Counted from the stretch's first letter, positions 9,082-20,113 are shown. The stretch is DNA of 40,465 nucleotides from Pseudomonadota bacterium (GCA_031416315.1 JANOTL010000174.1:1-40465), one strand, 5' to 3'. Program-made: numbers and translations. The notes: a model not told the origin generated them from the letters alone.

Positions 9082-11415
9082 TCAGCAGGACTTGAGCTTG
9101 GGCCGCCGCACACGTCCCAACACGTGCGCCAGGAAAGACGGGACGCCGGAGCGGCGCCCATTTTTCGCCGTCTGCGGCACGGCCGCGCTTCCAGGATTCG
9201 CCTTGGTCACCGTCACCATCGCCGCCTTGAACGCGGGCGTGCGTGACTGCGGATCGAGGAGGCGCGGCACGAGCACGTTCGCCTCCGGGTAGTACATGAG
9301 CGCGTTGCCGGCGCGCACGGGATACTCGCGTGCGTGCACGAGCATCTCGCCCGTCTCCGCCCTGACGCGGACGAGCTCGTCGTCGTCGACGCCTAGGCGC
9401 CGCAAATCGGCGGCGGCCATCAAGATCACGTCGCGGCGCTCTTGGCCGCGGTAGTAGTCGTGCTCTTCGTAGACGACGGTGTTGAACTGGCCCTCGGAGC
9501 GCACGGTCATCATCGAGAGCGTCGCCTCCGACGCGCGCCTTTGCGGCAAGGGATGGGCAAAGAGCTTGGCCCTGCCGCTCGCCGTCGGGAAGCGCCCGTC
9601 GCGCAGGAGGCGCCCGGCGATGACGAACTCGGCCTTGGTCTCGCCGGCACTGGCGATGGGCGCCATGCCGGGGATGAGCCGAGCGATCCAGCCGCGGATG
9701 GCGTCGGCGCTCCGCAGCGCGCCCCATTGCAGCGGCGCCTTGGCGAAGCTCGGGCAAAGCGGCGCGAGGCGCTCGCCGAGCTCCGCGACGATCTCCACCT
9801 CGCCGCGCGGCCCGACGTGCCGCGCCTTGCCGCCGTCGCTTATGCGGACGAAGTTGAACATCGACTCTTGCGTCGTGACGTACGGCTCTTCGTCGCGTGC
9901 CATGACGGGAAGGATCAGCGTTTCTTTGCCGAGGCCGTGCGCGTGGCCCGTATTGAGCGAGGTGCTCAGATAAACGACGAGGTCGACGTTCGCGAGCGCC
10001 GTCTGCGCGTAGCGCGCGTCGGGATTCGATCCATAGAGATTGCCGCCTAGGCAGACGCCGACGCGCATCTCGCCGCGATGCGCGGCTTCCATGCATTCCA
10101 TCGTGTCGTAGCCGCGATGCGCCGGCACGGCGATGCCTTCGGCCGCGAAACGCTCGAGCACCTGCGCCTTGAGAGCCGGCGTCACCCCCATCGTGCCCAT
10201 CCCCTGGACGTTGCTGTGGCCTCGGATCGGCAGGAGCCCCGCGTGCGGCTTCGCCACCATGCCGCGCAGGAGCGCGAGGTTGACGATCCACTGCACGTTC
10301 TCGACACCGTGCTCGTGGTGCGTGATGCCCATGGTCCAGCCGAAGACGGCTTTTTCGGCCTGGGCATAGACGGCGGCGACGGCCTCGATCTCCTGGCGGC
10401 TGACGCCGGACTCGCGTACGACGTCGGTCCAATCGAGGGCTTCGCATTGCGCCTCGACGGCCGCGGCGTTCTCCGTCGAGCGCTCGAGGAAGCCGCGGTC
10501 GATCTTTTCAGCGTGATGCGCGAACAAAGCCTTGGCGACACCGGCCAGGAAGGCGATGTCGCCGCCGGCGTGCACTTGCAAATAGTGCGAGGCGATCTCG
10601 GTGCCGAAGAAGAGGCTCTTCGGGTCCGAAGGCACGCGAAAGCGCACGAGCCCCGTCTCGACGGCGGGATTGACGACGACCACCTTGCCGCCGCGCCGAC
10701 GGACCTTCATCAGCTGCGTCATGAGCCGCGGATGGTTCGAGGCCGGATTGCCGCCGATGAGGAAGAAGACGTCGCAGTGCTCGACGTCCTCGAGGTCGAG
10801 CGTCGCCGTCCCCGAGCCGATCGACTGCCCGAGGCCGACGCCGCTCGCTTGATGGCAGTAGTAAGAGCAGTTGTTGACGTGGTTCGTGCCGTAGACGCGC
10901 GCCATCAGCTGAAGGAGGAAGCCGGCCTCGTTGGAGGAGCGGCCGCTGAAATAGAAGAAGCTCGCTTGCGGGTCGGTGGCGCCGAGCTTGGTCGCGAGCG
11001 TGGCCATGGCCACGTCCCAGGAAACGGGCTCGAAGTTGCGGGCGCCGGCACGCAAAAGGAGCGGCTCGGTCAGCCGCCCGGAGGTCTCGAGCTCCCGCGG
11101 GGAGAGGGCTTGCAGCTTTTTCACGTCGTAGGTGGAGAAAAAGCGCGGGGCGAGCGCGCCTTGCATGTCGGCGGCCATCGCCTGCAGAGATTTCTTGCAG
11201 ACCTCGGGGAAATGGCCGAGCTCGTTGACCATGCCTCCCTTTTGACCACCCATGCCGAGCGCGCAGGTCTTGCATGCGTTCTTCGAGCGCATGGCCTTCC
11301 AAAGGCTCCAAATGCCGACGCGGCGCGCGGTCGCGACGGTGTAGGCGATGGCGTGGAAGCCGCCGGCGGCGCCGGGACGTTTGGCTGGGCGCGTCCTTGG
11401 GGTAAGATCATGCAT
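9082..11415 (-). CDS. FdhF/YdeP family molybdopterin oxidoreductase
   Basis: CKTC...EVC, FYFSGRSSNEA, NNCSYYCHQAS, GGNPASNHPR, PIRGHSNVQG, TVRSEGQFNT and YYPEAN. Confidence 0.92.
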   Translation of the reverse strand: MHDLTPRTRPAKRPGAAGGFHAIAYTVATARRVGIWSLWKAMRSKNACKTCALGMGGQKGGMVNELGHFPEVCKKSLQAMAADMQGALAPRFFSTYDVKKLQALSPRELETSGRLTEPLLLRAGARNFEPVSWDVAMATLATKLGATDPQASFFYFSGRSSNEAGFLLQLMARVYGTNHVNNCSYYCHQASGVGLGQSIGSGTATLDLEDVEHCDVFFLIGGNPASNHPRLMTQLMKVRRRGGKVVVVNPAVETGLVRFRVPSDPKSLFFGTEIASHYLQVHAGGDIAFLAGVAKALFAHHAEKIDRGFLERSTENAAAVEAQCEALDWTDVVRESGVSRQEIEAVAAVYAQAEKAVFGWTMGITHHEHGVENVQWIVNLALLRGMVAKPHAGLLPIRGHSNVQGMGTMGVTPALKAQVLERFAAEGIAVPAHRGYDTMECMEAAHRGEMRVGVCLGGNLYGSNPDARYAQTALANVDLVVYLSTSLNTGHAHGLGKETLILPVMARDEEPYVTTQESMFNFVRISDGGKARHVGPRGEVEIVAELGERLAPLCPSFAKAPLQWGALRSADAIRGWIARLIPGMAPIASAGETKAEFVIAGRLLRDGRFPTASGRAKLFAHPLPQRRASEATLSMMTVRSEGQFNTVVYEEHDYYRGQERRDVILMAAADLRRLGVDDDELVRVRAETGEMLVHAREYPVRAGNALMYYPEANVLVPRLLDPQSRTPAFKAAMVTVTKANPGSAAVPQTAKNGRRSGVPSFLAHVLGRVRRPKLKSC

Positions 11416-11443
11416 TCGTTTCCCCTATCATATCGAGGTCCCC

Positions 11444-12880
11444 GTGGCAGCAGAGTACAACCTCGTGGTCATCGGCGGCGGCTCGGCCGGGCTCGTCAGC
11501 GCCTACATCGCCGCGGCCGTGAAGGCCAAGGTCGTCCTCATCGAGAAGCACAAGATGGGCGGCGACTGCCTGAACTACGGCTGCGTGCCCTCGAAGGCCC
11601 TCATCAAGACCGCCAAGGTCGTCGCCCAGGTACGAAACCACGCGAAATACGGGATCAAATCGGCGAGCTGCGAGATCGACTTGGCCCAGGTGATGGCGCG
11701 GGTGAGGAAGGTCGTGGCCGAGGTCGAGCCCCACGACAGCGTCGAGCGCTACACCGGCCTCGGCGTCGAGTGTGTGATCGGAGAAGCCGAGGTGGTCGAC
11801 GCGAACACGGTCAAGGTCAACGGCCGCACCATGACGGCCAAGAATTTAGTCCTGGCGCTGGGCGCGTCCCCGATCGTTCCGCCCTTGAAGGGGCTCGAGC
11901 TCTCGGGCTACCGCACCTCCGAAACTCTCTGGGACATGAAGGTCCTGCCGAAACGCCTCGTCGTGCTCGGCGGCGGGCCGATCGGCTGCGAGATCGCGCA
12001 GGCGTTCCAACGCTTGGGATCGGCCGTGACCCAGGTCGAGATGGGGCCGCGCATCCTGCCGCGCGAGGACGAGGACGTGGCGAAGATCATCGCCGAGCGC
12101 TTCGCGGCGGAAGGCGTCCGCATGCTGTGCGGAGCGAAGGCGACGGAGATCGTGGTCGAAGGCGGGGAGAAAGTCCTCCTTTGCGAGACGGCGAAGGGCA
12201 TCGAGCGCGTCCCCTTCGACGAGCTCCTCTTCGCGGTCGGGCGGCGGGCGAACACCAAGCAGAGCTGGGACTGGAAGAAGCTCGGCATTGAGCTGGACCC
12301 GAGCGGGACGATCAAGGTCGACGCGTATCTGCGGGCGAACGGCGCCAACATCTATGCTTGCGGCGACGCCATCGCTCCGTATCAGTTCACGCATACCGCC
12401 TCGCACCAGGCCTGGTATTGCGCGGTGAACGCGCTGTTCTCGCCTTTGAAGAAGTTCAAGGCGGACTACCGCGTGATCCCGTGGGTGACCTTCACCGATC
12501 CCGAGGTGGCCAACGTCGGCCACACGGAGCTCTCGGCGAAAAAGGCCGGGATCCCGTACGAGGTGACGACCTACGGCGTCGACGACCTGGACCGCGCCAT
12601 CGCCGAGTCCGAGGCGCACGGCCAGGTGAAAGTGCTGACCGTGCCCGGGAAAGACACGATCCTCGGCGCCAACATCGTCGGCTACAACGCGGGCGAGATG
12701 ATCGGCGAGTACGTGTCGGCGATGAAGCATGGCTTCGGGCTCAACGCGATCCTCGGGACGATCCATTCATATCCGACGATGATCGAAGCGAACAAGTACG
12801 CGGCGGGGAACTGGAAGAAGGCGCATGCGCCGCAGGGACTCTTGCAGTTCGTGCAGAAGTATCATGCGTTTCGCCGCTAA
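11444..12880 (+). CDS. Pyridine nucleotide-disulfide oxidoreductase (mercuric-reductase-like / DLD family)
   Basis: GTG at 11444 with GAGG RBS; GGGSAG, redox-active GGDCLNYGCVPSK, GGGPIGCE and HSYPT. No C-terminal Cys pair or HMA domain. Confidence 0.9.
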   Translation: MAAEYNLVVIGGGSAGLVSAYIAAAVKAKVVLIEKHKMGGDCLNYGCVPSKALIKTAKVVAQVRNHAKYGIKSASCEIDLAQVMARVRKVVAEVEPHDSVERYTGLGVECVIGEAEVVDANTVKVNGRTMTAKNLVLALGASPIVPPLKGLELSGYRTSETLWDMKVLPKRLVVLGGGPIGCEIAQAFQRLGSAVTQVEMGPRILPREDEDVAKIIAERFAAEGVRMLCGAKATEIVVEGGEKVLLCETAKGIERVPFDELLFAVGRRANTKQSWDWKKLGIELDPSGTIKVDAYLRANGANIYACGDAIAPYQFTHTASHQAWYCAVNALFSPLKKFKADYRVIPWVTFTDPEVANVGHTELSAKKAGIPYEVTTYGVDDLDRAIAESEAHGQVKVLTVPGKDTILGANIVGYNAGEMIGEYVSAMKHGFGLNAILGTIHSYPTMIEANKYAAGNWKKAHAPQGLLQFVQKYHAFRR

Positions 12881-12888
12881 TTTAAAGC

Positions 12889-13006
12889 TCCGGCCGGCTT
12901 TTCTGCGCCTCCGCTCCTCCGCGTCTCAGCGATCATGCGCTTGAACGATTCTCGCATTTTACCGCCGAGGCGCAGAGGGGCGAAGGCGCAGAATCGGCCG
13001 GCCGGA
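12889..13006. repeat. Long imperfect inverted repeat (REP-like; possible bidirectional terminator)
   Basis: 12901-12933 pairs with 12961-12993 (27/33 matches, all mismatches are transitions), plus an outer 10-bp TCCGGCCGGC/GCCGGCCGGA stem. Lies between convergent genes. Confidence 0.8.
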
Positions 13007-13010
13007 AGGA

Positions 13011-14026
13011 TTAAATGCGCGCGGCGCGCGCGGCGCCCTTGAGAGCCAGATCCGGATCCGCGACGGTCCGCACAGGCATCGCGCTCAGCAGCGCCTCGAA
13101 TCGGCCTTTGTGCCGGAACGCGCGCAAGAAGGCGTCGTCCTCGCGCATCCAGCGCATGATGCGCGGCGCGATGCCGCCGCCGACGTAAATGCCGCCGGTC
13201 GAGAGGGTCTTGAGGGCGAGGTTGCCGGCCTCGGCGCCGTAGAGACGGACGAACCAGCGGACGACGGCGACGGCCAGGGGATCATCGGCCTCGGCGGCGG
13301 CACAGATGGGCGCGCCGTAGTCGGTCGCTTCCGTCGCCGCCGCGGCGGCGACCGCTTGCGCCAGCTCTTCCCCGGGGCGCGCGCCGCGACGCTCGGTGAG
13401 GAACTCATAGAGATTGCGAAAGCCGAAGACGCCGGAGACGACGCGCTCCCAGCTGACGTGACCGCCGGGATAACGGCTTTGCAGGAACTGCAAAAGCTCC
13501 ACGTCGTCTTTTTCCTGCGGCGCGAAGCTGCAGTGGCCGCCTTCGGTGGCCGAGACGACGTAGCCGTCGCGCACGGGAACGAGGAAGGCCTCGCCCAAAC
13601 CCGTGCCCGCGGCGATCAACGCGCGATTGCCGCGCGCGACGGGCCGCCCCTCTTGCAGCTCGGTGATGCTTGCCGGATCCGCGTCGGCCAGACCGTAGGC
13701 GTGCGCCTCGAGATCGTTCAACATGGTGACGGGGGAGCCGAAGCGCGCGCCGAGCTGCGCGGCGTCGACCACCCAGGGCAAGTTGGTGAAGCGCGCCACG
13801 CCCTCGTGCACCGGCCCGGCGACGCCGATGCCGATCGCGTCGGGACGCGTGCCGGCGAGGAAGTCTTCGAGGATCTCCTCCAAGCCCGAATGCTTGCGGC
13901 TCTCGTACCGCTGCCGAGCCAAGATCTCGACCTGCGCGCCGACGCGGACGACGCCGCACGAGACTTTCGTCCCGCCGACGTCGACCGCGATCATGTTGCT
14001 GACTTTTTGCCCGACCTTGACGCCGG

Positions 14027-14030
<4 letters not shown>
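13011..14030 (-). CDS. glk: Glucokinase
   Basis: AVDVGGTK, GVAGPV, LNDLEA, AAGTGLGEA, TEGGH, VSWERVVSG, GGIYVGGGIAP and KGRF. The GTG start overlaps the ugd stop (GTGA); alternative ATG at 13994. Confidence 0.92.
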
Positions 14031-15352
<1,322 letters not shown>

Positions 15353-15482
15353 CGAACGCTCCCCCAAGGGTAAAAAGGTTCGGCGGTTATAGCCAACTTC
15401 CCCCGCCCGTGGGAACCCTGCTATAATGTCACCAAGCCACTCTTCGAATTATATCAGCGCTTTAACTGGCAGGCGGGATGCC

Positions 15483-16391
15483 ATGTCCGACGATAAGACG
15501 ATCATTGCCGAGACGCCGAATCTGACGATCCTCCAGGGTCCGAAGCGGAAAAACGCCTGCGTCGTGCAGTACAGCGGCGCGAAGCTCGGCAAGCGGTATC
15601 CACTGGTTGAGCAGCAAAACGTCGTGGGACGGTCGCCGACGGTTCAGATCGTGATCAACGAGGCGAGCGTCTCGCGCCAGCACGCGCGGTTCGTGGCTGT
15701 CGGCGACGACGTGGTGGTCGAGGACATGGGCTCCTCCAACGGCACCTTCGTCAACGACGCCAAGGCGGAAGGCCAGGTGAAGCTGAAGGACGGCGACATC
15801 GTGCGCCTAGGGACCGTGCTCCTCAAGTTCTTCGGGCACGACAACGTCGACAGCATCATGCACGACAAGATCTACCGCATGGCGACGATCGACGTCGGCA
15901 CGCAGATCTTCAACAAGGCATATCTCCTCGACTCGCTGGAAAGCGAGATGAAGTTCGCGAAGAGCTACGACCGGCCGCTTTCGATCATTTATTACGACTT
16001 GGACAAGTTCAAGACGGTCAACGACACCTACGGGCACAACGCCGGGGACTACATCCTCCGGGAAAGCGCCTCGGTCGTGAAGTCGACGATCCGCAAGGAA
16101 GACATTCAGGGTCGGTACGGCGGCGAGGAATTCATCATCGTCCTGCCGAACACCGATCAAAAGACGGCGGCCGAGCTGGCCGAGCGCATCCGCGCGCGGC
16201 ACGAAGCGCATCCTTTCATGATCGACCACGAGAAAGACGGCGTGAAGCAGAAGGTCCAGCACCGGCAGACGGTGTCGAGCGGCGTGCAGCAGCTCACCGC
16301 CGCGCAGCCGACCTTGAAGGACTTCCTCGAGGCCGCGGACAAGAAGCTCTACAACTCGAAGCACACCGGCCGGAACAGAGTGACCGTATGA
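15483..16391 (+). CDS. FHA-GGDEF diguanylate cyclase (DgcB-like architecture)
   Basis: FHA motifs VGR, SVSRQHA and DMGSSNGT; DLDKFKTVNDTYGHNAGD; RKED I-site; RYGGEEF. Short N-terminal tail DDKTII. Confidence 0.9.
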   Translation: MSDDKTIIAETPNLTILQGPKRKNACVVQYSGAKLGKRYPLVEQQNVVGRSPTVQIVINEASVSRQHARFVAVGDDVVVEDMGSSNGTFVNDAKAEGQVKLKDGDIVRLGTVLLKFFGHDNVDSIMHDKIYRMATIDVGTQIFNKAYLLDSLESEMKFAKSYDRPLSIIYYDLDKFKTVNDTYGHNAGDYILRESASVVKSTIRKEDIQGRYGGEEFIIVLPNTDQKTAAELAERIRARHEAHPFMIDHEKDGVKQKVQHRQTVSSGVQQLTAAQPTLKDFLEAADKKLYNSKHTGRNRVTV

Positions 16392-16972
16392 AGCGCCTCT
16401 TCTTCCTAGGCTTTGCGGCTCTCGTCCCGGTCGGCTGCGTCAGCTCGATCGAAGAGGGCGTGAGCATCACGACGTCGCCGGAGGAGGACGACGCCTATTC
16501 CGAGGCCCTCGAGAAGGCGACTCGCAGCCGCAGCGTGTTCAAGGATTTCGAGGCGCGCTACTTCGTGCACGCCACCTACCTGTCGCCCGAGTTCCGCGCC
16601 GCCTTCCAGAAGAGGCTCGAGCGCGTCTACAAGGTCGGCACCGTCACCTTCGAGAAGGCCTCGGGGAAAGCCGGGTTCTTCATCGCCATCAACGCGCCGC
16701 GGTCCGACCGCGTCGACATCGCCAACCCGCAACACTGGACCGTCCTGCTGAACACGCCGGAGGGGCCGCAGAAGCCGGTCCTGATCGAGCGCCTGGACGA
16801 CAAGGAGCGCTGGCGGGCGTTCTTCCCGGAGACGATCACGCATTGGACGACGGACTATCTGGTCGTCTTCGACGTGCCCAGCGTCAATCCGAACTCGCCG
16901 GCCTTGGTCGAGAAAGAGGGCGTGTCATTGATGTTGGCGAATGCGGATGCGCAGGTCTCGCTGACGTGGTGA
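16388..16972 (+). CDS. Hypothetical lipoprotein
   Basis: MKRLFFLGFAALVPVGC lipobox; ATGA overlap with the upstream cyclase; coding-like codon usage. Confidence 0.8.
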   Translation: MKRLFFLGFAALVPVGCVSSIEEGVSITTSPEEDDAYSEALEKATRSRSVFKDFEARYFVHATYLSPEFRAAFQKRLERVYKVGTVTFEKASGKAGFFIAINAPRSDRVDIANPQHWTVLLNTPEGPQKPVLIERLDDKERWRAFFPETITHWTTDYLVVFDVPSVNPNSPALVEKEGVSLMLANADAQVSLTW

Positions 16973-17010
16973 GCTGAAGGCCGGGCGGTTGGCGTCGGCT
17001 GGCGTTTTGA

Positions 17011-17090
17011 CGCGAAGGTCGCGAAGGTGCGGAGGGCGCGCAGGAAACGCAGGTTTTCTTCGCGCCCTCCGCACCTTCGCGACCTTCGCG
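17011..17090. repeat. Perfect 30-bp inverted repeat with internal 9-nt tandem units (REP-like hairpin)
   Basis: CGCGAAGGTCGCGAAGGTGCGGAGGGCGCG (17011-17040) is the exact reverse complement of 17061-17090, with a 20-nt loop. Confidence 0.9.
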
Positions 17091-17216
17091 ATCCCATTCC
17101 CGCCGGCTCACGTCACATTCAGAGAGACGAGGACTGGCCACCCCGCCAATGCACCGTCGTACACCGTCATTTTTCTTTCGGTCGCGAAGCGCGCGCAACC
17201 TTTGGATTAAAACGCG

Positions 17217-17288
17217 AGCCTTCTCCCGAAACTCTAAAAGCCTTCTCCCCCAACGATTTGACAGCCCTCACACTGTTCTTGATAGAAT
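17217..17288 (+). promoter_or_regulatory. Sigma70-like promoter with an upstream direct-repeat operator
   Basis: TTGACA at 17258-17263; extended -10 TG-A-TAGAAT at 17280-17288 (19-bp spacer); AGCCTTCTCCC repeated at 17217 and 17239. Confidence 0.5.
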
Positions 17289-17371
17289 GGTGATACCGAC
17301 CTTCAGAACATGATTTTTTGCGTTTGATCCTCGAACGATGCTGGCACCCCCCAGTAGATCGGGAGACGAGC

Positions 17372-17827
17372 ATGTCAAGACTGCGCCATACGGATATCCT
17401 CGTAGAACTCATCGAGCTCTGCCAGGAGCACATGGTGCAACTGCGTCATCAGCTCGGGTATTACCGCGCCAGCGTCTACAAGGGCGAGGCGAAAACCGAC
17501 ATCGAGACCTCGGTCCTCGAGCTGCGCACGATCGCGCGGCTCTTCGACGACGAAGAAGCGCGCGAGGCGTTCCGCGACTTCGACGCCATGTCGGAGAAGG
17601 GCGCTCTGACCCTCGTTCCGGGCGAGTGTCTCCTGTCGCTCCGCGTCGGCCGCCTCCTGGCGCAGCTCGACGGCTGCGTGGGCCAGCTGCACCGCACAGC
17701 TTACGTGCGCACCGCGGACCAATCCCTCGAGATCGAATTCACCAACACGGTCAAAGAGCATCGCGACGCGCTCTTGGCCATGTGCCGCCAGGGCTCGCGT
17801 CATTGGGCCTTCTTCCAGGCGCTCTGA
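17372..17827 (+). CDS. Hypothetical cytoplasmic helical protein (151 aa)
   Basis: GGGAGA RBS before ATG 17372; strong GC3 bias; no recognised motif. Confidence 0.75.
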   Translation: MSRLRHTDILVELIELCQEHMVQLRHQLGYYRASVYKGEAKTDIETSVLELRTIARLFDDEEAREAFRDFDAMSEKGALTLVPGECLLSLRVGRLLAQLDGCVGQLHRTAYVRTADQSLEIEFTNTVKEHRDALLAMCRQGSRHWAFFQAL

Positions 17828-17852
17828 GACGCCCTTTCCCCGCTGGTACAGC

Positions 17853-20111
17853 ATGCGCCGCCACCTGACGCTCGTCCTCGCGCTCCTAGCCGCCGCCGCC
17901 GTGCCGCTGTCGACCGCCGTCGGCGCGAACCTCGAGTACGAATACGCCCTCGCCGCCGCTTTGGCCTTCCTCGCGCTGGCGCCTCTGGTCGCGGCCGCAG
18001 TCCCTAGGTCCTGGCTCCCGGCCGGGGACGACGGCCGCTTCCAGATCTCGATTCCCTGGCAGGTCCTCTGGGTCTTCGCCGGGGCGCCGGTCCTCGCGGT
18101 CCTGGCGGCGTCTTCGATGTTCGCCTTCGGCCACTGCCCGTGCAGCAAGACCGGCTTTCTCTTCTGGATGGCCGTCCTCTTCTATCCTGCGTCGGTGCTC
18201 GCGCACGCGCTGCACTTCCTCGTCGTGCGCTTGCGCCTTTTCGGGGCGTCCCGGCGCATCGCGGCTTTCTTCGTGGTCGCGGTGCTCGCAGGCGGCGTCC
18301 TCCTGTCCGGCCTGGAGCTCTGGACCCAGCCGCAGAAGCGCATCGTCAGCCTCTTCCTCGGCTTTCTCCACGGGCCGATCTACGACGACTGGATCCCGAT
18401 GGACCGCGGCATAGCCCTGGTCCGCGGCGCGCAGCTTTGCCTCGCCTCGGCGCTCTTCATCCTCGCGCTCTGGCGCGGCCAAAAGACGGCAGCGTTCTTT
18501 ACCGTCCTCTTCGTCTGCGGCTGGATCGGCCTCGGGCAAGTCGCGCAACAGGAAGCGAGCGCGGGCGGCGGCAAGGCGGCGCTCGACGCGCTTCTGGACG
18601 GCAAGCTCGAAGGCGACGGCTTCACCATGCGCTTCAAGGGCGTGAAGACGGGGAAGCCGCCACTCGGCATCCGGCGGCTGTTTCGCGACACGGAGTTCCA
18701 CGTCGCTGAGTTGAAGACGCTCTTCCAGGAGCCCACGCTGCCGCACGTCACCATCTATGTCTACCCGAGCGACGACCAGAAAAAGCTTTGGTTCGGCGGC
18801 GGATCGACCGACGTCACCGACGTCTACACGCCGTCGGTGCACATCTCGAGCGGCAGCTGGCCGCATCCGACCCTGCGCCACGAGCTCGTGCACGCCTTGG
18901 CCTCGGGGATCGCCTACCACGGACTCGGCTTCCACCCGAACATGGCCTTCACCGAAGGGCTGGCGGTGGCCTTGGCGCCGAGCGCCACGACGCTTTCCCT
19001 CGACGACGGCACCGCTTCGCTCCTGGACACCCCAAGGCTTCCGGACGTCGCCGAGCTGTTCTCGCCGATGTTCTGGAAGGTCTCGGGAAGCCGCGCCTAT
19101 ACCGCCGCCGGCTCGCTGATCCGGCATCTCGTGCGGAAGCACGGCATGGCGGGCGTCAAGGCGCTTTATGCCGGCAGCAGTTGGGAGGCGGCGTTCAAGC
19201 AGGACCGCGACACGATCATTAACGAGTGGAAGGACGGGATTCGCAGGGGCTACGACAAAGAGCGCAATGCCTTGTTCTCCGAAGCGCTCTTCCGCTACCC
19301 CGGCGTGTTCGCCGACGAGTGTCCCCACGGCAAGGCGGACCTCCTCCGCGGCCGGGACGACGTCTTCGTGCGCATGCGTCAGCCGCCCGCCTGGGATCCC
19401 GATACGGATTACCTGCCATGGCTTCTGCAGATCGACCCGAAGGACAAGGAGATCGTCGTCCGCGTTTGGCGCCGCGATCTTGCCGTGCTGGCGGGCGACC
19501 GCGTCGCCTCGCCCGGCCGCTTCGCCACCTGGCGGGAGACGCTTGCGCGCGGGCGCAAGAGTCCGCCAGAGGCGCTGGAGGACGTCGAGGTCGCCGTGAT
19601 GGAGAGCGACCTCGCGCGGATCATGGGCGACGTCTCGGGCTCGAAGAAGATCCTCGAAGAGCTCGCGGCCTTCGGCAAGACCAAGTACTTCGGTGAATCC
19701 AGCCGGCGCGAGATCGAGGCGCGCCTCGCGCTCGAGGGCTCGTTCCCCGAAGCCGAGGCTTTGGCTTGGCGCCGTTACCTCGCCACCTGGGGCAAGATCC
19801 CGGCGCGGCGCGAGGGCGAGCCTTGGGTCGCGAGCTATCTGCGCCTGCGCAACGGCCAATTCGACGAGCTCGGCCGCGACGGCCTGGTGAAGCTCGCGGC
19901 ACAGCCCGCGGATCCGGCGATGTCTTCGTCCTTCCACTTCGAGTGGTGGAAATTTCTCGCGACGAAGCTGATGCGCGAGGACGCGTTCGCCGAGGCGGCG
20001 ACGGTGTTCGCGAAGGCGGCCGAGGTGACGCCTACGGCGGCGCGGGAGCTTTACGAGGAGCATGCGCGGCGGGCGCGATTTTATGCGGAAAAGGGCGCGG
20101 TGGCGCGCTGA
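17853..20111 (+). CDS. Membrane-anchored gluzincin-type zinc metallopeptidase
   Basis: About 7 N-terminal TM helices; LRHELVHA followed by FTEGLAV (third-ligand Glu); helical, TPR-like C-terminus. Confidence 0.8.
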   Translation: MRRHLTLVLALLAAAAVPLSTAVGANLEYEYALAAALAFLALAPLVAAAVPRSWLPAGDDGRFQISIPWQVLWVFAGAPVLAVLAASSMFAFGHCPCSKTGFLFWMAVLFYPASVLAHALHFLVVRLRLFGASRRIAAFFVVAVLAGGVLLSGLELWTQPQKRIVSLFLGFLHGPIYDDWIPMDRGIALVRGAQLCLASALFILALWRGQKTAAFFTVLFVCGWIGLGQVAQQEASAGGGKAALDALLDGKLEGDGFTMRFKGVKTGKPPLGIRRLFRDTEFHVAELKTLFQEPTLPHVTIYVYPSDDQKKLWFGGGSTDVTDVYTPSVHISSGSWPHPTLRHELVHALASGIAYHGLGFHPNMAFTEGLAVALAPSATTLSLDDGTASLLDTPRLPDVAELFSPMFWKVSGSRAYTAAGSLIRHLVRKHGMAGVKALYAGSSWEAAFKQDRDTIINEWKDGIRRGYDKERNALFSEALFRYPGVFADECPHGKADLLRGRDDVFVRMRQPPAWDPDTDYLPWLLQIDPKDKEIVVRVWRRDLAVLAGDRVASPGRFATWRETLARGRKSPPEALEDVEVAVMESDLARIMGDVSGSKKILEELAAFGKTKYFGESSRREIEARLALEGSFPEAEALAWRRYLATWGKIPARREGEPWVASYLRLRNGQFDELGRDGLVKLAAQPADPAMSSSFHFEWWKFLATKLMREDAFAEAATVFAKAAEVTPTAARELYEEHARRARFYAEKGAVAR

Positions 20112-20113
20112 TT

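Noticed and set aside
9082..11415. Selenocysteine formate dehydrogenase
   Set aside because: No in-frame TGA; the Mo-ligand position is Cys (YYCH); no accessory fdh subunits.
11444..12880. merA mercury resistance gene
   Set aside because: Lacks the C-terminal Cys-Cys pair and the N-terminal HMA domain; no merR/T/P nearby.
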